DNA from: the human T2T-CHM13v2.0 reference genome, Homo sapiens | Reading direction: 5' to 3' (one strand) | Length of the DNA: 64,000 bases | NCBI RefSeq assembly: GCF_009914755.1 | Contig: NC_060929.1 | In this document: piece after piece, positions 55,593-64,000 of the stretch | How the letters are laid out: every line of letters begins with the position of its first letter | Numbering within the stretch: the first letter of the stretch is position 1 | Program-made: the position numbers and the translations under genes | The notes under the pieces: generated by a model | The model's database searches: none | Told to the model about the DNA's origin: nothing | The model's input: the letters and a program-made list of their open reading frames with translations, nothing else

Positions 55593-56221
55593 TTTGTCAT
55601 CTTTACTGACAAAATTCCTTAAGTACTTTCACTTTTTCACTTTGAAGGCACATATTCCCAACTAGGAAAGTATATCTGAGATGCTCTCTTCTTAACACTT
55701 CCTTACAGTTTAAAAGTTAGCACTTGTTGGAAGGCCCACTCTTTATATGTGAAAAGAAAGGAATTGAAGGTTACTAAATCTTTCCCATGTATGCTAGGAT
55801 TTTACAAGCATTTCTGTTTTTGTTAAACCTCATCGTTTATTTGTCCTTTGTAGGCATGCACATTTTCCTTAAGATTCTTAGAATGAGTTTTATTTTTCTT
55901 GAGATTCTCTTAGGACTCTAAGCTGAAGCTATACCCAGTGATGTATAAATCAAAATATTTCCATTAGAGGGAGCCGTTTACCTAGATTAACCCTGGAATG
56001 TTAGTATCAGAACAGTATTTTGTAGGAATGTAAGGCATATACATATAATAAGCATATTTCCACCCCTTAAGGTCACTTACTTCAACATGCATTTTTACAT
56101 GAAAATAATCTTGAAAACATTTTTTAGAGCAGTTTTAAAATTTCAATGCCATTCTCACCTTGGAATGCAGGAAACCTTCAAGATATTTCCTTAAGTCCAA
56201 GTACAGTGTTTATGATATAGA

Positions 56222-56390
56222 CAGGACATTTCAAACGTTAATGTACATGTGTGTCTCCTGAGAATCTTGTTAAAATGCATCTCTTGATTCATTAAGTCTG
56301 GATTGGTCCTGAGATTGTGCGTTTCTCACAGGCTCCCAGGTGATGCCTCATTGTTTGTTTATGGACCTCACTCACTTTGAGTTAGCAAGG
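56222..56390. mobile_element. MER5A-like
   Basis: cttgttaaaatgca...tgattca...ctcccaggtgatgc...cactttgag. Confidence 0.75.
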
Positions 56391-57587
56391 ACCCAGAGAG
56401 TTCTTGGGAAATTGAAGTTCCCTTTTAACAACAATAACAAAATAGCATGTACACTTCACAAGATGTCAGAGGCTTTGTGTATTTTGTTTGCTTAAGTATC
56501 TCCAGTGCCCTGAACAATTCCTGAAACAGAGTAAATGCTCAGTAAATATTTGTTGAATGAATGAGGACATGTCTAATTGTTTTATGTATATTAACTCATT
56601 TAATCTTGACAGCCTCTGAGGTAAGTTCTATTATTCCTGGCTCACAGAGAAGCAAATAAGTCATATGTAGTGAAACCAGGATTTGAACCCAAATAATTGA
56701 TCAGTGTGACTCAAGAGCCCATGCTTTAACAAAAATACTCTACTGTCACTGCCACCCGTTTTTAGGTAAGTTGTTACCAACACAGAGCTCAAGTATCAGA
56801 CTGATACAGGTCATTATTGTCCAAAGGCCTGATATATCTGTTTATGGTTGCTTGTTTCTGTCTGATTGTGAGGTTTGCTATGCCACAACATAGAGTCCTG
56901 ATGATGGTAGTCAAGACTGCACACTGTTGGTGTGCGGAGCATTTCCCCACTCTGATTGGGCTCACACATCGGGAGTGGGAAAGAAACAAGAGAGACATTC
57001 AGTCACTCAGGGTTAATGAAGGAACAAGGGGCCCACTAGTCCTTAACCCATTATCTAATGTGGTTAAGTCTTATAGTTTCATCAGCCAAAGGAATGAATT
57101 GTCATAATCCCAAATTAAAGATGATTAATAAAGACAGGAGCTCCTCAAGTGTTTGTTGGCAACCAGCCAAATGGAGTTATTTAATATCTATTTTTCAGGG
57201 TTTCTGCTGCACCAGAGATCAGTACTAAGCTATCTTCTGTGACTTTCTGATAGGAATTGCCATTCCAGTTAATCTTCATATTATCAGAAGAAAGTTTTAT
57301 TTGGCGTTGTTACTTTTTCTAATCTTCCAAAGCCACCAATTTAATCTTACTTGCAAATCTGGCCAAAAAAAAATAGACGACTATTTCAAATTTTTCTATC
57401 TACCAGAAGTTTGCACATAAATGGTGGGATGTGTGGTATTAATAAATACATTTACTGTTCAATTAATCCGTTTTCTGTCCACAGCAAATTTGTTTTGCGG
57501 CTGAAAGTTAAATTCCTGTAGTTTTGTATTTAATATTGAATAATAATGTCCCAATTAAAAAAAATTTTTTTGTTGATTTTGCAATTT

Positions 57588-57790
57588 GGAAGGAGAAGTG
57601 CCAAGCAAAAGGGGGAAAAGAACCTTATAAAACCATCAGATCTCATGACAACTATCACAAGAACAGCATAAGAATAACCACCCCCATGATTAAATTACCT
57701 CACACTGGGTCCCTCCCACGACACATGAGGATTATGGAAACTACAGTTCAAGATGAGATTTCAGTGGGGACACAGCCTAATCATATTACC
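57588..57790 (-). mobile_element. THE1 LTR fragment
   Basis: cttataaaaccatcagatctcatga...gatgagatttcagtggggacacagcc. Confidence 0.85.
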
Positions 57791-57980
57791 ATTTGTAGTA
57801 AATTCTATTTTTGCTTGCCTAATTTTTTTTTTAATTCTGCTTTCTTTCTTGAAAGATCTTTTCACTGGGCAGATAATTCTAGGTTGATATTTTTTTTCTT
57901 TTAGCACATTGAAGATATCATTCCACTGTCTTGAGCCTTAAATTGTTGTTGTTGACAAGTAAGTCCTCAGTCTAATTACC

Positions 57981-58316
57981 TTATTTTATTTTATTTTATT
58001 TTATTTTATTTTATTTTATTTTATTTTATTTTTGAGACTGAGTTTCACTCTTGTTGCCCAGGCTAGAGTGCAATGGCACGATCTTGGCTTACCGCAACCT
58101 CCGCCTCCCGGGTTCAAGCGATTCTCTTGCCTCAGCCTCCTGAGTAGCTGGGATTACAGGCATGTGCCACCACGCCCGGCTAAGTTTTTTGTATTTTTAG
58201 TAGAGACGGGATTTCTCCATGTTGGTCAGGCTGGTCTCGAACTCCTGACCTCAGGTGATCTGCCTGCCTCGGCCTCCCAAAGTGCTGGGATTATAGGTGT
58301 GAGCCACCATGCCCAG
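57981..58316 (-). mobile_element. AluSp with (TTTTA)n tail
   Basis: tttctccatgttggtcagg diagnostic; TSD aattacc. Confidence 0.95.
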
Positions 58317-58596
58317 AGAATTACCATTTTTTTTTTCATTTTTTTGATAGGTCATCTGCTTTTCTCTTTGTTTCTAAGATCTTAAAATAGTGTGGAAATC
58401 CTTCTAATTTATCCTGTTTGTGGAAATATTTCTAATTTATCCTGCTTGGGAGACATTGGTCTTGCTAGGTATGCAGATTAATACCTATTAATAACTTTTA
58501 CCAGTTCACTTCTAAAACATTGAATATTTTCTTGTCTACTTGTGGAATATCATAAAATGTTTGTTAGACCTCACTCTGTTGTCTTTTAATAACTTT

Positions 58597-58967
<371 letters not shown>

Positions 58968-59167
58968 TAATCTTCCAGTTCACTAATTCTGTCTTCGGTT
59001 CTATTTAATCCTCCACTTAATTTTTCCATTGAATTTTTAATTTTATTTATTGTATTGAACTAAAAGTTCTAGTTAATGCTTTTTCAAATCTGGTTACTTT
59101 ATATAGTCTCTTATTTTCTTGCTTATTATTTTCAATGTCTTTTTTGTGTGTAAACATATTAAACATA

Positions 59168-59559
<392 letters not shown>

Positions 59560-60063
59560 TTAAATTTGCTTATTTCATGTTTCTTAGAACTTTATTTGTG
59601 GAAGTTCTTGAGGCATGAGTTGAAATTATTGTTGTCCAGAGAAAATTTATGTTTGCCTCTGCTACTTACTTGGCATACAAGTAATGCAGGGCCACTCTGA
59701 AATACATTTTCTGCTTGAGAGTTGGTTGATTTTTTTTAAGTACCATGAACTCAGGCTACACATTCATGTAAGTCCTGCTTTGTGGTTATGATTTTTTAGC
59801 AGAGATTATCTCCATCTAGTGTGAAGGTCAAATTAGCAAATTTCCTTTCTATCCCCTTCTGTGTGTAGGTTTATTTTGTGCTCAACTTTACCTTGATAAT
59901 ATTGCCTTTAGGGGCCCAATTTATGATAAAGGTGATATTTTAAATCAATAGCAAAATGATGAAAAATTTAATTAACTGTTGTGTTATAACTAGAAACAAA
60001 GTTAGATTCCTATGTTATGACTCCATCTAAACTATATTCTAAATAGGTTAAAGATTTAAAGGT

Positions 60064-60366
60064 AAGCTGGGTGCAGTGGCTCACACCTGTAATCCCAGCA
60101 CTTTGGGAGGCTGAGGTGGGCGGATCACTTGAGGTTAGGAGTTCGAGACCAGCCTGGCAAACATGGTGAAATCCCATCTCTACTAAAATACAAAAAAAAA
60201 TTAGCCAGGTGTGGTGGCGCATGCTTGTAAATTCCAGCTACTTGGGAGGCTGATACAGGAGAATCGCTTGAACCCAAGGTGGAGGTTGCAGTGAGCCAAG
60301 ATTGTGCCACTGCACTCCAGCCTGGGCAACAGAGTGAGACTTCATCTCAAAAAAAAAAAAAAAAAA
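60064..60366 (+). mobile_element. AluSx
   Basis: TSD aaagatttaaa. Confidence 0.94.
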
Positions 60367-60398
60367 GATTTAAAAATAAATGAAATAAAGGAAGATTG

Positions 60399-61789
60399 TG
60401 AGAGGTGACAACGTGCTAGCAGCCCTCCCTCACTCTCGGCGCCTCCTCGGCCTCTGCCTCCACTCTGGCCGTGCTTGAGGAGCCCTTCAGCCCGCCACTG
60501 CACTGTGGGAGCCCCTCTCTGGGCTGCCTGAGGCCGGAGCCGGCTCCCTCTGCTTGTGGGGAGGTGTGGAGGGAGAGGCATGGGCGGGAACTAGGGCTGT
60601 GTGTGGCACTCGCGGGCCAGTGCGAGTTCTGGGTGGGCACAGGGTCCACGGGCCTCACACTCAGAGTGGCCAGCCAGCACTGCTGGCCCTGGGCAGTGAG
60701 GGGCTTAGTACCCGGGCCAGCAGATGTGGAGGGTGCGCTGGGTCCCCCAGCACTGCTGGCCGGCCTGCGCTGTGCTCGAATTCTCACCGGGCCTCAGCCA
60801 CCTCCCCGTGGGGCAGGGCTCAGGACCTGCAGCCCACCATGCCGGAGCCTCCCCACCCCCAGTGGGCTCCCACGTGGCCTGAGCCTCCTCGACGGGTGCC
60901 GCCCCCTGCTCCGCGGCGCCCAGTCCCATTGACTGCCCAAGGGCTGAGTGTGGGTGCGCCGTGTGGGATTGATGGGCAGCTCTGCCCACGGCCCCGGCGT
61001 GGGATCCACTAGGCCAAGCCAGCTGGGCTCCTGAGTCCTGTGGGGACTTGGAGAACTTTTATGTCTAACTGGAGGATTGTATACGCACCCATCAGTACTC
61101 TGTGTGTAGCTCAGGGTTTGTGGATGCACCAATCAGCACTCTGTATCTAGCTAATCTGGTGGGGACTTGGTGAACTTTTATGTCTAGCTAGAGGATTGTA
61201 AATGCATCAATCAGCACTCTGTGTCTAGCTCAGGGATTGTATATGCACCAATCAGCACTCTGTCAAAATGGAGCAATCAGCTCTCTGTAAAACGGACCAA
61301 TCAGCTCTCTCTGTAAAATGGACCAATCAGCAGGATGTGGGTGGGGCCAGATAAAGGAATAAAAGCAGACTGCCCAAGCCAGCAGTGGCAACCTGCTCAG
61401 GTCCCCTTCCACGCTGTGGAAACTTTGTTCTTTCGCTCTTCGCAATAAATCTTGCTGCTGCTCATTCTTTGAGTCCGCACTGCCTTTAAGGGCTGTAACA
61501 CCGTGAGGGTCTGCAGCTTCACTCCTGAAGGCAGCAAGACCATGAACCCACCAGAAGGAACGAACAACTCCAGATGCACTGTCTTTAAGAGCTGTAACAC
61601 TCACCGCAAAGGTCTGCAGCTTCACTCCTGAATCAGCGAGACCACGAACCCACCAGAAGGAAGAAACTCTGGACACATCTGAACATCTGAAGGAACAAAC
61701 TCCGGACACACCATCTTTAAGAACTATAACACTCACCACAAGCGTCTGCAGCTTCATTCTTGAAGTCAGCGAGACCAATTTCAGACACA
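60399..61789 (+). mobile_element. LTR12 (ERV9 5' LTR, LTR12D/E-like)
   Basis: Starts TGAGAGGTGACAACGTGCT and ends ...GACACA. GC-rich U3, CCAATCAGC repeats, GATA plus AATAAA TATA-like box, AATAAA at 61444, repeated U5 units. Confidence 0.95.
61040..61365 (+). promoter_or_regulatory. LTR12 U3 enhancer/promoter (NF-Y/GATA/TATA-like)
   Basis: Intact CCAAT at 61129, 61248, 61297, 61323; AGATAA 61349-61354; AATAAA TATA-equivalent 61358-61363. This is the known ERV9 promoter architecture. Confidence 0.8.
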
Positions 61790-61792
61790 TTT

Positions 61793-61810
61793 TGGTGACC
61801 CAGATGGGAC
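61793..61810 (+). other. Retroviral primer-binding site, tRNA-Arg
   Basis: TGGTGACCCAGATGGGAC, 3 nt after the LTR end; one mismatch to the complement of the tRNA-Arg(CCG) 3' end as recalled (TGGCGACCCAGATGGGAC). Confidence 0.85.
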
Positions 61811-63125
61811 TATCACCTATCGCCAAGTGGTGAGACTATTGCCTATCGCTGAGCAGTGAGACTGTTGCCTATTGCCAAGCAGTGAGACTATTGCCTATCA
61901 CCAAGCAGTGAGAACCATTGGACCCCTTTTGCTTGCTATTCTGTCCTATTTTTCCTTAGAATTCGGGGGCTAAATACTGGGCACCTGTCGGCCAGTTAAA
62001 AGTGACTAGTGCGGCCGCCAGACTAAAGACACAGGTGTCAGGCTTTCTGGGAGAGGGCTAACAACCCCCAACTCTTCAGAGTTGGGAGCATTGGTTTGCC
62101 TGGAACCAGCTTCTCCTTTTCCTGTACTTCTGGGCTGAGCCAAGGGTTGACAGAGAGGAAAGCCATTCAGCTCCAGGGTCCCGAAAACAAGTTGATTGAC
62201 CCTGCAGCCATGAGCAGAACTCTCAAAGTCATGTCGCCCAAGCGAGACTCGCCCATCTATTCTATCTACCCTGACCCTTGCCCCCTGGGTCCTAATGCCT
62301 GCCAAACAAACCTCCTCTCGCCTCTCTTCTCCGAGGCTAGTCCCACTTCTAAACATCACTCCCTGTCTCTGGTGCTTTTCTAGTTTCTCCTATAAGAATG
62401 ACTGCTAGTATAAACTCTAGGACTCTGTTCCCTTCTTTAGGCACCTAGGCTCACCAATCAGAAAGACATAATTTTTGCCCAAAGCCCCATCATAGTGGGG
62501 ACTACCTGGAATTGTAGGATCCCTCCTCAGACTAGCAGGCCTAACAAAAGCTATTCCTGAAGCTAGGATATGGGGAGCCTCAGAAATTGTGTCCTTTCTA
62601 TTCATATAAGTGAGGACAAAAGGTGTCACTCTTCCAACCCTGGAGAATCTCTTCCCTCCCTCAGGGTATGGCCCTCCATTTCATTTTTGGGGCATAACAT
62701 CTTTATAGGACATGGGTAAGGTCCCAATACTAATAGGAGAATGCTTAGGACTCTAACAGGTTTTTGAGAATGTGTCGGTAAGGGGCCACTAAATCCGATT
62801 TTTCTGGGTCCTCCTTGTGGACTAGGAGGACAGGCAAGGGTGCAGGTTTTCGAGAATGCATCAATAAGGGCCACTAAATCCGACCTTCCTCAGTCCTCCT
62901 TGTGGCCTGGGAGGAAAACTAGCATTTCTGCTGCTACATTGGTGAGTGCAACTATTCCGATCAGCAGAGTCCAGGGACTTTTGCGGGTTCTTGGGCAGGG
63001 GTTGTTTCTGCTGCTGCGTTGGTGAGTGCAACTGTTCTGATCAGCAGGGTCCAGGGACTGTTGTGGGTTCTTGGGCAGGGGGAGAAACAAAACAAACCAA
63101 AACCGTGGGTGGTTTTGTCTTTCAG

Positions 63126-64000
63126 ATAGGAAACAGGCATCAACAGGCTCACCCTTGAAATGCATCCTAAGCCATTGGGACCAATTTGACCCACAAACCC
63201 TGAAAAAGAGGTGGCTCATTTTTTTCTGCACTATGGCTTGGCCCCAATATTCTCTCTCTGATGGGGAAAAATGGCCACCTGAGGGAAGTATAAATTATAA
63301 TACTATTCTGCAGCTTGACCTTTTCTGTAAGAGAGAAGGCAAATCGAGTGAAATACCTTATGTCCAAGCTTTCTTTTCATTGAAAGAGAATACACAACTA
63401 TGCAAAGCTTGCAATTTACATCCCACAGGAGGACCTCTCAGCTTACCCCCATATCCTAGCATCCCTATAGCTACCCTTCCTATTAATGATAATCTTCTTC
63501 TAATCTTCCCTGCCCAGAAGGAAATAAGCAAAGAAATCTCCAAAGGACCACAAAAACCCCCAGGCTATCGGTTATGTCCCCTTCAAGCTGTAGGGGGAGG
63601 GGAATTTGGCCCAACCCGGGTACATGTCCCCTTCTCCCTGTCTGATTTAAAGCAGATCAAAGCAGACTGGGGAAGTTTTCAGATGATCCTGATAGGTACA
63701 TAGATGTCCTACAGGGTCTAGGGCAAACCTTTGATCTCACTTGGAGAGATGTCATGCTACTGTTAGATCAAACCCTGGCCTTTAATGAAAAGAATGCAGC
63801 TTTAGCTGCAGCCCGAGAGTTTAAAGATACTTGGTATCTTAGTCAAGTGAATGATAGAATGACAGCCGAAGAAAGGGATAAATTCCCTTCTGGTCAGCAA
63901 GCTGTCCCCAGTATGGATCCCCACTGGGACCTTGACTCAGATTATGGGGACTGGAGTCATAAATATCTGTTGACCTGTGTTCTTGAAGGACTAAGGAGAA
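63126..64000 (+). pseudogene. gag: HERV9 gag, disrupted
   Basis: [25 protein letters not shown]...[19 protein letters not shown] (matrix) and LPPY. After a frameshift at ~63667 it reads [31 protein letters not shown]... (capsid). The expected ATG-GGA start reads ATA-GGA and is out of frame. Confidence 0.9.

Larger units (their letters stand above)
61790..64000 (+). mobile_element. HERV9 internal region (leader + gag), runs off the window
   Basis: Follows the LTR12 and PBS; leader has ~80-86 bp duplications; gag homology starts at ~63126. Confidence 0.93.

Noticed and set aside
60342-61826. Overlapping 79-187 aa ORFs on both strands
   Set aside because: Stop-poor GC-rich U3 and repetitive U5 of LTR12; no protein-like signature
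61811-61920. Short direct repeats resembling a CRISPR array
   Set aside because: Head-to-tail with no unique spacers, no cas genes, located in an ERV leader in a primate genome

Overview
Human (primate) genomic DNA, AT-rich and Alu-dense. The + strand carries the 3' two-thirds of TNPO1 (transportin-1/karyopherin-beta2). Nineteen GT-AG coding exons (757-40504) splice into one open frame of 744 aa plus stop, which fits exons 6-24 of the 898-aa isoform. A non-coding last exon follows with a ~5.7 kb 3'UTR (43796 to ~49475). Introns hold the MIR4804 hairpin, an antisense RPL35A processed pseudogene and many Alu/L1/L2/MIR/MaLR/DNA-transposon remnants. The window ends inside a HERV9 provirus (LTR12, tRNA-Arg PBS, disrupted gag). 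The best leads are: (i) a frame-shifting 76-nt exon with atypical splice sites and downstream RBFOX/QKI motifs in a repeat-free island, a candidate AS-NMD feedback switch on the PY-NLS import receptor; (ii) a seed-position variant in miR-4804; (iii) hairpin/G-quadruplex elements in the 3'UTR; (iv) an intact LTR12 promoter with amplified splice-donor repeats. No prokaryotic-type system (CRISPR etc.) is present. Exon boundaries were read by hand. Exon numbers and repeat subfamilies come from recall, and repeat coordinates are approximate.
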